A stretch of DNA of 32,000 bases from Pseudomonas aeruginosa (GTDB lineage Bacteria > Pseudomonadota > Gammaproteobacteria > Pseudomonadales > Pseudomonadaceae). Shown here piece by piece: positions 22,733-31,703 of the stretch (positions are counted from its first letter, which is position 1; each line of letters starts with the position of its first letter). The stretch lies in contig NZ_LN831024.1 in assembly GCF_001457615.1 (NCBI RefSeq), forward strand, positions 1,920,001-1,952,000, read 5' to 3'. The position numbers were made by a program, and so were the translations under genes. The notes beneath the pieces were generated by a model. That model was not told the DNA's origin. It was given only the letters and a program-made list of their open reading frames with translations, and did not search any database.

Positions 22733-23421
22733 TGAACGGCGCTGTACCGATGCTCGCCATCGATGGCCCCAGTGGCGCCGGCAAGGGCACGGTCGCCGGG
22801 CTGCTCGCCCGGCGCCTGGGCTGGAACCTGCTGGATTCCGGGGCGCTTTATCGGCTGTTGGCGTTCGCCGCGGTCAACCATGGTGTCGACCTGACCAATG
22901 AAGAGGCGCTGAAGGTTCTGGCTGCGCACCTCGATGTGCAGTTCGTCGCTGCCGATGGCAGCCATGGGCAGCGCATCATTCTCGAAGGCGAGGAAGTGAC
23001 CGATGTGATCCGTACCGAGCAGGTCGGTGCCGGCGCCTCACAGGTCGCCGCCTTACCGGCCGTGCGCGATGCGTTGCTGCAGCGCCAGCGGGCGTTCCTC
23101 GAAGCGCCGGGGTTGGTGGCCGACGGCCGCGACATGGGCACCGTGGTGTTTCCCGATGCGCCTCTGAAGATCTTCCTCACCGCCTCGGCGGAGGAGCGTG
23201 CGCGTCGACGCTACCTGCAGTTGAAGGCGAAGGGCGCGGATGTCGACCAGTCTGCCTTGCTGGAAGAAATCCGCGAGCGCGACGAGCGCGACAGCCAGCG
23301 CGCGGTCGCGCCGCTGAAACCGGCCGATGACGCGATCCTGCTGGACTCCACCGAAATGAGCATCGAGGCGGTGGTCGAGACGATCATCCGGCATTGCGAG
23401 CGGCAGGGCTGGGACGTCTGA
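22732..23421 (+). CDS. cmk: cytidylate kinase (229 aa)
   Basis: ATG 22732 shares its A with the aroA stop (tTGATGa). P-loop [12 protein letters not shown] is present. It lies immediately upstream of rpsA, as in other gamma-proteobacteria. Confidence 0.93.
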   Translation: MNGAVPMLAIDGPSGAGKGTVAGLLARRLGWNLLDSGALYRLLAFAAVNHGVDLTNEEALKVLAAHLDVQFVAADGSHGQRIILEGEEVTDVIRTEQVGAGASQVAALPAVRDALLQRQRAFLEAPGLVADGRDMGTVVFPDAPLKIFLTASAEERARRRYLQLKAKGADVDQSALLEEIRERDERDSQRAVAPLKPADDAILLDSTEMSIEAVVETIIRHCERQGWDV

Positions 23422-23437
23422 GGTTTCGGCGCGGGAA

Positions 23438-23466
23438 TTGACGATACAGGGCCTGGTTGCTAATAT
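23438..23466 (+). promoter_or_regulatory. strong sigma-70-type promoter candidate for rpsA
   Basis: TTGACG (23438-23443), an exactly 17-nt spacer, then TAATAT (23461-23466). It starts 17 nt after the cmk stop and about 215 nt upstream of the rpsA ATG. Confidence 0.6.
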
Positions 23467-23688
23467 TCCAGACCTTATGTTGTGGCGTTTTGCAGGTGCG
23501 GCGAGGGTTGCCTCCCGACTTGCCTGGCGCCATCGCAGAACAACCCAACTGGGCATTCCCATTCGGGAGTGCAATCAGAAGCTAGCAGGAAACCAGCAAA
23601 TTGTCCTGCGGCTTCATTTAATGACTTGACCGCATTGGCTGGTGATGCGGAATCGGGCCCTTCCGGGCCTTTGACTACAGGTATGAAC

Positions 23689-25368
23689 ATGAGCGAAAGC
23701 TTCGCAGAACTCTTTGAAGAAAGTCTGAAATCCCTCGACATGCAGCCGGGTGCCATCATCACCGGCATCGTGGTCGACATCGATGGTGACTGGGTCACCG
23801 TCCATGCCGGTCTGAAATCCGAGGGCGTCATCCCGGTCGAGCAGTTCTACAACGAACAGGGCGAGCTGACCATCAAGGTGGGTGACGAAGTCCACGTCGC
23901 ACTGGACGCGGTAGAAGACGGCTTTGGCGAGACCAAGCTGTCCCGCGAGAAAGCCAAGCGCGCCGAGAGCTGGATTGTTCTGGAAGCGGCTTTCGCTGCC
24001 GACGAAGTGGTCAAGGGCGTCATCAACGGCAAGGTCAAGGGCGGTTTCACCGTCGACGTCAACGGCATCCGCGCGTTCCTGCCGGGTTCGCTGGTCGACG
24101 TTCGTCCGGTTCGCGACACCACCCACCTGGAAGGCAAAGAGCTCGAGTTCAAGGTCATCAAGCTCGACCAGAAGCGCAACAACGTTGTCGTTTCCCGCCG
24201 CAGCGTCCTGGAAGCCGAGAACAGCGCCGAGCGTGAAGCTCTGCTGGAATCGCTGCAGGAAGGCCAGCAGGTCAAGGGTATCGTCAAGAACCTCACCGAC
24301 TACGGCGCATTCGTGGACCTGGGCGGCGTAGACGGCCTGCTGCACATCACCGACATGGCCTGGAAGCGCATCAAGCATCCGTCCGAGATCGTCAACGTTG
24401 GCGACGAGATCGACGTCAAGGTCCTGAAGTTCGACCGCGAGCGCAACCGTGTATCCCTGGGCCTGAAGCAACTGGGCGAAGACCCGTGGGTTGCCATCAA
24501 GGCGCGTTACCCGGAAGGCACCCGCGTCATGGCCCGCGTCACCAACCTCACCGACTACGGCTGCTTCGCCGAGCTGGAAGAGGGCGTGGAAGGCCTGGTA
24601 CACGTCTCCGAAATGGACTGGACCAACAAGAACATCCATCCGTCGAAAGTCGTCCAGGTTGGCGACGAAGTGGAAGTTCAGGTTCTGGACATCGACGAAG
24701 AGCGTCGTCGTATCTCCCTGGGTATCAAGCAGTGCAAATCCAACCCGTGGGAAGACTTCTCCAGCCAGTTCAACAAGGGTGACCGTATCTCCGGTACCAT
24801 CAAGTCGATCACCGACTTCGGTATCTTCATCGGTCTGGACGGCGGCATCGACGGCCTGGTCCACCTGTCCGACATCTCCTGGAACGAAGTCGGCGAAGAA
24901 GCCGTACGTCGCTTCAAGAAGGGCGACGAGCTGGAAACCGTCATCCTGTCGGTCGATCCGGAGCGCGAGCGCATCTCCCTGGGCATCAAGCAGCTGGAAG
25001 ACGATCCGTTCTCCAACTACGCGTCCCTGCACGAGAAAGGCAGCATCGTCCGCGGTACCGTGAAGGAAGTCGACGCCAAGGGCGCTGTCATCAGCCTGGG
25101 CGACGACATCGAAGGTATCCTGAAGGCTTCCGAAATCAGCCGTGACCGCGTCGAAGACGCGCGCAACGTCCTGAAGGAAGGCGAGGAAGTCGAAGCCAAG
25201 ATCATCAGCATCGACCGCAAGAGCCGCGTCATCAGCCTCTCCGTCAAGTCCAAGGACGTCGACGACGAGAAGGACGCAATGAAAGAACTGCGTAAGCAGG
25301 AAGTAGAAAGCGCTGGTCCGACCACCATCGGTGATCTGATCCGTGCTCAGATGGAGAATCAGGGCTAA
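23689..25368 (+). CDS. rpsA: 30S ribosomal protein S1 (559 aa)
   Basis: [27 protein letters not shown]-terminus and six S1 repeats (for example [27 protein letters not shown]). The in-frame ATG at 23683 would add 2 residues. The track start at 23482 lies in the leader. Confidence 0.96.
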   Translation: MSESFAELFEESLKSLDMQPGAIITGIVVDIDGDWVTVHAGLKSEGVIPVEQFYNEQGELTIKVGDEVHVALDAVEDGFGETKLSREKAKRAESWIVLEAAFAADEVVKGVINGKVKGGFTVDVNGIRAFLPGSLVDVRPVRDTTHLEGKELEFKVIKLDQKRNNVVVSRRSVLEAENSAEREALLESLQEGQQVKGIVKNLTDYGAFVDLGGVDGLLHITDMAWKRIKHPSEIVNVGDEIDVKVLKFDRERNRVSLGLKQLGEDPWVAIKARYPEGTRVMARVTNLTDYGCFAELEEGVEGLVHVSEMDWTNKNIHPSKVVQVGDEVEVQVLDIDEERRRISLGIKQCKSNPWEDFSSQFNKGDRISGTIKSITDFGIFIGLDGGIDGLVHLSDISWNEVGEEAVRRFKKGDELETVILSVDPERERISLGIKQLEDDPFSNYASLHEKGSIVRGTVKEVDAKGAVISLGDDIEGILKASEISRDRVEDARNVLKEGEEVEAKIISIDRKSRVISLSVKSKDVDDEKDAMKELRKQEVESAGPTTIGDLIRAQMENQG

Positions 25369-25385
25369 GTCCCTGATCCATCATG

Positions 25386-25413
25386 AAAAAGGGCGGCCTA
25401 GGCCGCCCTTTTT
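25386..25413 (+). terminator. Rho-independent terminator after rpsA
   Basis: AAAAAGGGCGGCC-ta-GGCCGCCCTTTTT, a perfect palindrome with a T-run (then cgTTTT), 18 nt after the rpsA stop. Confidence 0.85.
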
Positions 25414-25504
25414 CGTTTTCCCCTTCTTGGACCTGTTCAAAGACTGATCAGCATGCTAAAAGAGACCTGAGCTGATCTAGCCGCTTGAAAAAGAAGGGAA
25501 AACC

Positions 25505-25789
25505 ATGACCAAGTCGGAGTTGATCGAACGGATCGTTACCCATCAGGGGCAACTGTCCGCGAAGGATGTCGAGTTGGCAATCAAGACCATGCTGGAGCAA
25601 ATGTCCCAGGCCCTGGCGACCGGGGACCGGATCGAGATCCGTGGTTTCGGCAGCTTTTCCTTGCACTACCGCGCCCCGCGCGTCGGTCGCAACCCCAAGA
25701 CCGGGGAGTCGGTACGCCTCGACGGCAAGTTCGTGCCGCACTTCAAGCCGGGCAAGGAGTTGCGGGATCGGGTCAACGAGCCGGAGTGA
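25505..25789 (+). CDS. ihfB: integration host factor beta subunit (94 aa)
   Basis: [10 protein letters not shown]...[29 protein letters not shown] is the canonical IHF-beta/HU fold sequence. Confidence 0.97.
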   Translation: MTKSELIERIVTHQGQLSAKDVELAIKTMLEQMSQALATGDRIEIRGFGSFSLHYRAPRVGRNPKTGESVRLDGKFVPHFKPGKELRDRVNEPE

Positions 25790-25814
25790 CTCTGGCAGAT
25801 ACGAGGTTTTTTCA

Positions 25815-26069
25815 ATGCAATGGCTCGGGCGGATTTTGACTGCTGTGTTTGTGTTGGTGGTTGCGCTGGTGGTCCTGGTTTTCGTATTGGAAAATCAGAA
25901 TAGCGTCAGCCTTGCCTTCCTTGGGTGGCACACTCCTGACGGTCCGCTTTCTCTCTTCGTGTCTCTGGCTTTCATCCTCGGTGGGCTCGGTGGGTTGTTG
26001 AGTGGGGCATTGCTTCGTTTGAGGGGGCGTCGACAAAAATCTCTTCGCTCTGAATCAACCTCTCTATAA
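25815..26069 (+). CDS. small inner-membrane protein with LapA-like (DUF1049-type) domain (84 aa)
   Basis: ATG 25815 has GAGG about 8 nt upstream. There are two predicted TM helices (ILTAVFVLVVALVVLVFVL and LSLFVSLAFILGGLGGLLSGALL) separated by ENQNSVSLAFLGW, followed by a basic tail. The pattern and the position after ihfB mirror E. coli lapA (yciS). It lies inside track ORF 25566..26069. Confidence 0.65.
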   Translation: MQWLGRILTAVFVLVVALVVLVFVLENQNSVSLAFLGWHTPDGPLSLFVSLAFILGGLGGLLSGALLRLRGRRQKSLRSESTSL

Positions 26070-26453
26070 GTTCGTCCCTTCCGAACTAATTGCGTGCCAG
26101 CTCCGCAGTGGGTCTCTTCTTGCTGAAAAGGGTTGCTGCCGGCGGGTCGTAACCTCTCGTGGAAGGTATCCTCTGGCCTGCTTGACCCCATTTTTCTGCT
26201 GTGGGCACTAATCTCTGACTGTCTTGTCTAACATACGTCCGTGCATCCTGAATCGCGAGCTAGGCTCTGTTATCAGCGATTGGTGCGCTGAAGGTGTTTG
26301 CGTCGTATCCCTATCTCCTGGAGTCGATGGTCGCGACCGTGCGGCTTGTAATCTCGTAGCATGCTGTCAAAATGCAGCAGCTTCCTGATGCATCTCCACG
26401 TCAGGAGGGGGGCTGCCGCATGATGACTCCTTAACCCAAGAATTGGATCCGTT

Positions 26454-27518
26454 GTGACAGAAAAAAATTTTCCCTCCTATAAAGCCAAGAGCGGCGAGTT
26501 CGATCTGATAGAGATTATGAGTGGGTTGTGGTCCCTGAGATGGCTGATTGCTTTGCTGGCAGTGTTGCCCGTGTTGTTGGCTATTGTTTATCTATTCATC
26601 ACCAAGCCCGTCTATGAGGCTCGTGTCTCGACGCTGCCTCCTTCACTCAGCGATATAGCTGGTTTCAACTTGGGAAGATCGGAAAACGGGCTTCCCGCGT
26701 TTTCGGCAAATGGTGTCTATTCAATCTTCGTGCGAAATCTCCAGTCCGAAGAGACTCGCCGTCAGTTCTTTCGAGATGTATATATTCCTTCCTTGGAGGA
26801 GGGGGCTTCTGTTGGTTCGCGGGATCAGCTTTATGCGCTTCTCATGAATTCGGTAACTATTCAGAAGCCTAGCAAAGAGGATAGCGAGCGCTACACTGTC
26901 GTCATCGAGCGGCATGATCCTTCGCAGGCGGCGGAGTGGGGCGAGAAATATATAGGAATTGCAGTCAAGCGTTCCATGCAGGAAATGCAAGAAGGAGTAC
27001 GCCGCGAGTTTCAAGTGAAGAATCGCAATATACAGCAACAGATCGACATCTTGCGTGAAACTGCGAAGGCTCGCCGTGAAGATCGTATCTCTCGACTGAA
27101 AGAGGCGTTGCGCGTTGCGGAGGCCTTGAAGCTGGAAAATCCTCCGTTGATAGAAGGGCAGGTTGATCAACAGCTTTCCTCCATCATGGAAGGCGGACTG
27201 ATGTACATGCGTGGTGCCAAGGCTATTCGGGCAGAAATAAAAACGCTGCAAGATCGTGTCTCCGATGATCCTTTCATTCCCGCATTACGAGGCTTGCAGG
27301 AGAAGTATGCTCTTCTGGAGGGGCTGACGCTGAATCTCGATAAAGTCGCTGTTTTTCGTCAGGATGGTACGATAGAGGTGCCAGATGATCCCGTCCGTCC
27401 AAGAAAAGGCATAGTGCTTATCCTAAGCATGCTTGCCGGTGGTTTTTTGGGGGTTGCGGTGGCTCTAGCCATCCTTATGGTGAGAGGTGGGTTTAGGCGC
27501 ACGGTCGATGCTGCATGA
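26454..27518 (+). CDS. wzz: O-antigen chain-length regulator, polysaccharide co-polymerase PCP-1 (354 aa)
   Basis: N-terminal EFDLIEIMSGLWSLRWLIALLAVLPVLLAIVYLFI (Wzz motif plus TM1), a long charged coiled-coil middle, then a Pro-rich segment VPDDPVRPRKG directly before TM2 (IVLILSMLAGGFLGVAVALAILMV). GTG 26454 is the first canonical start after an in-frame stop. No SD is present. Confidence 0.85.
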   Translation: MTEKNFPSYKAKSGEFDLIEIMSGLWSLRWLIALLAVLPVLLAIVYLFITKPVYEARVSTLPPSLSDIAGFNLGRSENGLPAFSANGVYSIFVRNLQSEETRRQFFRDVYIPSLEEGASVGSRDQLYALLMNSVTIQKPSKEDSERYTVVIERHDPSQAAEWGEKYIGIAVKRSMQEMQEGVRREFQVKNRNIQQQIDILRETAKARREDRISRLKEALRVAEALKLENPPLIEGQVDQQLSSIMEGGLMYMRGAKAIRAEIKTLQDRVSDDPFIPALRGLQEKYALLEGLTLNLDKVAVFRQDGTIEVPDDPVRPRKGIVLILSMLAGGFLGVAVALAILMVRGGFRRTVDAA

Positions 27519-27523
27519 GTTTT

Positions 27524-27553
27524 TTGCTTGTAGGGTCGGCAGAAGTTTATAGT
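27524..27553 (+). promoter_or_regulatory. weak sigma-70-like promoter candidate upstream of wbpO
   Basis: TTGCTT (27524-27529), an 18-nt spacer, then TATAGT (27548-27553) in the 109-nt wzz-wbpO spacer. The AT-rich context makes chance matches likely. Confidence 0.25.
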
Positions 27554-27627
27554 CAATGGGATTTTCAGTTTTCAATCCATCGGATTTTGGTTGAGAACTG
27601 TTTTACATGAAGTGAGGTGCGCGTTAA

Positions 27628-28896
27628 ATGAAGGATCTGAAGGTTGCAGTTGTTGGGCTAGGCTATGTTGGTCTTCCGCTTGCTGTTGAATTTGGTAAAA
27701 AACGAACCGTTGTCGGTTTCGATATCAATCAGGGGCGAATCTCTGAACTGCGGCAAGGCATTGACTCTACTCTTGAAGTAGATGCGGCTGAGTTGAAAGA
27801 AGCGTCCGAACTGAGCTTTACTTTCAATCTTCAGGACTTGCAAAAGTGCAATGTTTTCATTGTGACGGTTCCTACACCTATTGATGAACATAAGCAACCC
27901 GACCTCACCCCTCTTGTAAAGGCCTCGGAGAGCATCGGAAAGGTTCTGAAGAAGGGCGATATTGTAATTTATGAGTCTACCGTTTACCCGGGAGCGACGG
28001 AAGAAGACTGCGTACCTGTTCTGGAAAAATTTTCCGGGCTGAGGTTTAACGAGGACTTCTTCGCCGGTTATAGCCCCGAGCGCATCAATCCCGGCGATAA
28101 GGAACATCGGGTCTCTTCGATCAAGAAGGTCACTTCCGGCTCTACGCCGGAGATCGCGGAGTTGGTTGACTCCCTGTATAGAGAAATCATCACTGCCGGT
28201 ACTCACAAGGCGAGCAGCATTAAAGTCGCTGAGGCTGCCAAGGTGATCGAAAATACGCAGCGAGATCTCAATATTGCTCTGATCAACGAACTCGCCATCA
28301 TTTTCAATCGAATGGGTATCGATACCGAGGCGGTCCTCAAGGCTGCCGGCACGAAATGGAATTTCATGCCGTTCCGCCCGGGCCTAGTCGGCGGTCATTG
28401 CATCGGAGTCGATCCATATTATCTGACTCATAAAGCCCAGAGTATTGGCTATCATCCAGAGATCATCCTGGCTGGCCGCCGTTTGAATGACGGTATGGGT
28501 GCCTATGTCGTTTCGCAACTGGTCAAGGCTATGCTCAAGCGTCGTATCCACGTGGACGGTGCTCGCGTTCTGCTTATGGGGCTTACATTCAAGGAAAATT
28601 GTCCAGACCTCCGCAATACCAAAGTCGTCGATATTGTCCGTGAGTTGGCGGAATACAACATACAGGTTGATGTTTTTGATCCTTGGGTGAGCGCCGAAGA
28701 TGCCATGCATGAGTATGGGATTACTCCAGTCGGTACGCCATCCCATGGCGCTTATGATGGAATTATCCTTGCGGTCGCGCACAGTGAATTCAAAAATATG
28801 GGCGCAGAAAATATACGAAAGTTAGGGAAGGCTGAGCATGTTCTCTATGATCTGAAATATCTACTCGATGAAGATAAGTCTGATCTACGCCTGTAA
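27628..28896 (+). CDS. wbpO: UDP-N-acetyl-D-galactosamine (UDP-HexNAc) 6-dehydrogenase, WbpO/TviB family (422 aa)
   Basis: N-terminal Rossmann motif [17 protein letters not shown] and catalytic-Cys region [18 protein letters not shown] recognise the sequence as WbpO-like, homologous to Vi-antigen TviB. It is followed by wbpP. Confidence 0.9.
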   Translation: MKDLKVAVVGLGYVGLPLAVEFGKKRTVVGFDINQGRISELRQGIDSTLEVDAAELKEASELSFTFNLQDLQKCNVFIVTVPTPIDEHKQPDLTPLVKASESIGKVLKKGDIVIYESTVYPGATEEDCVPVLEKFSGLRFNEDFFAGYSPERINPGDKEHRVSSIKKVTSGSTPEIAELVDSLYREIITAGTHKASSIKVAEAAKVIENTQRDLNIALINELAIIFNRMGIDTEAVLKAAGTKWNFMPFRPGLVGGHCIGVDPYYLTHKAQSIGYHPEIILAGRRLNDGMGAYVVSQLVKAMLKRRIHVDGARVLLMGLTFKENCPDLRNTKVVDIVRELAEYNIQVDVFDPWVSAEDAMHEYGITPVGTPSHGAYDGIILAVAHSEFKNMGAENIRKLGKAEHVLYDLKYLLDEDKSDLRL

Positions 28897-28933
28897 GATC
28901 AGTTGTAAGCTTTGTGAGTAGACGAGAGGGAAT

Positions 28934-29959
28934 ATGATGAGTCGTTATGAAGAGCTAAGAAAGGAATTGCCGGCGCAGCCGAAAGTCTGGCTGATTACAG
29001 GTGTGGCGGGCTTTATTGGCTCTAATCTTCTTGAGACTTTGCTAAAACTTGATCAGAAGGTTGTCGGTCTGGATAATTTTGCTACTGGTCATCAGCGGAA
29101 CCTGGACGAAGTGCGGTCCTTGGTTAGCGAGAAGCAATGGTCAAATTTTAAATTTATTCAAGGTGATATTCGCAATCTGGATGATTGCAATAACGCCTGT
29201 GCAGGTGTTGATTACGTTTTACATCAAGCTGCCTTGGGTTCGGTACCGCGTTCTATTAACGATCCGATCACCTCCAATGCAACGAACATCGATGGTTTCT
29301 TGAATATGCTGATTGCAGCCAGAGATGCCAAGGTGCAGAGTTTCACTTATGCGGCAAGTAGCTCTACCTATGGAGATCATCCTGGTTTACCGAAGGTGGA
29401 GGATACTATAGGTAAGCCTCTTTCCCCTTATGCGGTTACCAAATATGTGAATGAGCTTTATGCCGATGTGTTTTCGCGCTGCTACGGCTTTTCGACCATT
29501 GGGCTTCGTTATTTCAATGTGTTCGGTCGTCGACAGGATCCCAATGGTGCCTATGCGGCAGTCATACCAAAATGGACCTCTTCGATGATCCAGGGTGATG
29601 ACGTCTATATTAACGGTGATGGCGAGACCAGTCGGGATTTTTGTTATATTGAAAACACCGTTCAGGCCAATCTGCTTGCTGCAACCGCGGGGCTTGATGC
29701 TCGTAATCAAGTTTACAATATTGCTGTTGGCGGGCGGACGAGTTTGAATCAGTTGTTCTTTGCGCTTCGCGACGGCCTTGCCGAAAACGGTGTGTCCTAT
29801 CACCGGGAACCTGTTTATCGTGATTTTAGGGAGGGGGATGTACGTCACTCTCTCGCTGATATCAGCAAGGCTGCCAAACTGCTGGGGTATGCGCCGAAAT
29901 ATGATGTATCTGCAGGTGTGGCGTTGGCCATGCCTTGGTACATCATGTTTTTGAAATGA
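28934..29959 (+). CDS. wbpP: UDP-GlcNAc/UDP-GalNAc C4-epimerase (341 aa)
   Basis: [37 protein letters not shown], with the extended-SDR motifs GVAGFIGS and YAVTK. I recognise the sequence as WbpP of serotype O6, homologous to TviC. Confidence 0.92.
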
Positions 29960-30157
29960 TATTCACTCTGGTGCGTTTGGATGAAAGTAGCGTCGTTTCC
30001 AAGAGCGGCGCTATTTTTGCTTTTGAGAGTCGCCTGGTGCTCCAAGTGCTCAATATTAGGGGCGTGTGATTCTCTATTTTCATCGCGGAGCACTTTTTCT
30101 ATGATTGTTTTTTTATTTTTTACTCATTGTTTTCTCTTTTTTATGGTTTAGAAAAGT

Positions 30158-31582
30158 ATGCTGGGAAAACATAGTCTGGTTTATTTTTTGTTCAAGTCTT
30201 TTCCGGCGATATTGACTCTTGTCGGTCTTTCCGTTTTTACTCGTCTGTTAAGTCCGGGTGAGTATGGAGTCTATTCGCTGACAATTATAGTTGTTGGCTT
30301 CCTCAATACGGTTTTCTTGCAATGGGTGGCGCTGGGGGTTGGTCGTTATCTGCCTGAGTGTAGTGATGACCAAGCTCGGGCGAGGCTTCTTGGCACGGCT
30401 AGGGCCATTAGCTTCCTTGTTTCACTCGTTATCATATTCGTCACGTTCCTGCTTTGGGAGTGGCGTGAAGAGATAGGTTTCTCTATTCTTTATTATATGG
30501 TCGGTTTTCTTTGCCTGGCACAGGCTTGGCATGATTTGAATCTGAAGATTCAAAATGCGATCTTGCAGCCTCTGACCTACGGGAAAATGTTGTTGATCAA
30601 AGGGGCTGGAAGCTTCTTTATCGGTGTTCTCCTTGTTTATTTCGGGTTTGGCGTTGATGGTTTGCTGCTGGGTACGCTTGTGTCTCTGGTACTGGCGACC
30701 ATTTTCTTCCAAGATGCGTGGCGGGGAGTCAGTTGGGCGTTGGTAGACAAGGAGCAGTTAACCAGGTTGTTTGCCTATGGTGCACCACTGACGCTTACTT
30801 TCCTTTTTGCATTCATAGTCAATGCGTCTGATCGCTTCTTTATTGGGGCATTTCTGGGGGATGCCGCGGTAGGTGTCTACTCGGTGTCATATGACCTAGC
30901 GCAATATAGTGTTGGTACAGTGGCTTCTGTCGTTCACCTGGCGGCTTTTCCGCTGGTAATGGAGAAACTTTCCAAGAGCGGCTTGCCACAGACACAGGAC
31001 CAACTGCGGAAGACCTTTATTTTTATCTTTGCAGTAGTCTCGCCTGCTGCCTGTGGTCTGGCCATGGTGGCTCCGGAAATTTCAGGATCTATTATGGGCG
31101 AAGAGTTTCGTGAGGGTGCCCTAAAGATAATTCCGTTGATATCCCTTTCGGCTTTTCTGGGGGCCTTGAAATCTTTTTACTTTGACTACTCTTTCCAATT
31201 GGCTAGTGCTACACGAGTGCAGGTTGTGACAGTGGCGGTGTCGGCAGTGGTTGATGTTGTTTTTAATTTAATCCTTATTCCGGAGTTTGGGATAGTTGGC
31301 GCGGCGGTATCTTCTGTTATGGCGTTTTCCTCTGCAATACTAATTAGTATCTTCTTGGGGCGACGTGTTTTCCCAATGCCCGCCCTTCCGGGGAAAGATG
31401 CTATGAAAATTGCGTTGTCTGTGCTGTTGATGGCGGTGTCAGTTGCATCCTTCAGTTTGGAGAGTGCTTTTTTTGGCCTGGTTGTGAAAGTTGTCTTGGG
31501 GGGAGGGGTCTATTTGGCGGCAATGATTGCTCTTGATGTATCTGGCATGCGTACTTTCCTGAAGAGCAAGCTAATTCGATGA
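30158..31582 (+). CDS. wzx: O-unit flippase, Wzx/RfbX polysaccharide-biosynthesis (MOP) family (474 aa); wbpQ position of the O6 cluster as I recall it
   Basis: A multi-pass (~12-14 TM) hydrophobic protein. The N-terminal FTRLLSPGEYGVYSL motif is typical of the PF01943 family. Low GC. No SD before ATG 30158. Confidence 0.8.
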   Translation: MLGKHSLVYFLFKSFPAILTLVGLSVFTRLLSPGEYGVYSLTIIVVGFLNTVFLQWVALGVGRYLPECSDDQARARLLGTARAISFLVSLVIIFVTFLLWEWREEIGFSILYYMVGFLCLAQAWHDLNLKIQNAILQPLTYGKMLLIKGAGSFFIGVLLVYFGFGVDGLLLGTLVSLVLATIFFQDAWRGVSWALVDKEQLTRLFAYGAPLTLTFLFAFIVNASDRFFIGAFLGDAAVGVYSVSYDLAQYSVGTVASVVHLAAFPLVMEKLSKSGLPQTQDQLRKTFIFIFAVVSPAACGLAMVAPEISGSIMGEEFREGALKIIPLISLSAFLGALKSFYFDYSFQLASATRVQVVTVAVSAVVDVVFNLILIPEFGIVGAAVSSVMAFSSAILISIFLGRRVFPMPALPGKDAMKIALSVLLMAVSVASFSLESAFFGLVVKVVLGGGVYLAAMIALDVSGMRTFLKSKLIR

Positions 31583-31703
31583 TAAGCAGTATGCCGACTT
31601 GCTTTCTGTTTGGAGGGGATGGGGCCCGGTTTGGTGGGGAGTGCCCAGAGCACTGCGATCTCCCGTTGGACAGGCGTGTCCAGGAATCAAGGAGGGGTAA
31701 ATC

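Noticed and set aside
23477-23629. 50-codon ORF ([15 protein letters not shown]...) inside the rpsA leader. It is part of track ORF 23438..23629.
   Set aside because: It would start about 4 nt from the predicted TSS and has no SD. The Arg-rich sequence is typical of non-coding GC-rich frames. The region is better explained as the structured rpsA 5' UTR.
25440-25480. Imperfect inverted repeat GATCAGC...GCTGATC and a partial IHF-like site (GATCAGcatgCTA) upstream of ihfB, considered as an autoregulatory IHF site.
   Set aside because: The stem is only 7 bp with a 19-nt loop, and the IHF consensus WATCAANNNNTTR is matched only partially. This is too weak to report.
26141-26152. ggcgggtcgtaa in the wzz leader resembles the ops/JUMPstart element (GGCGGTAGnnTG) found upstream of enterobacterial polysaccharide operons.
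   Set aside because: There are mismatches in the core (GGCGGGTC versus GGCGGTAG), and no flanking JUMPstart-like conservation that I can recognise. It is insufficient to call.
29845-30093. 82-aa minus-strand ORF overlapping the 3' end of wbpP and the wbpP-wzx spacer.
   Set aside because: It has no RBS, overlaps a confident CDS, and has an unremarkable sequence. This is probably a chance ORF.
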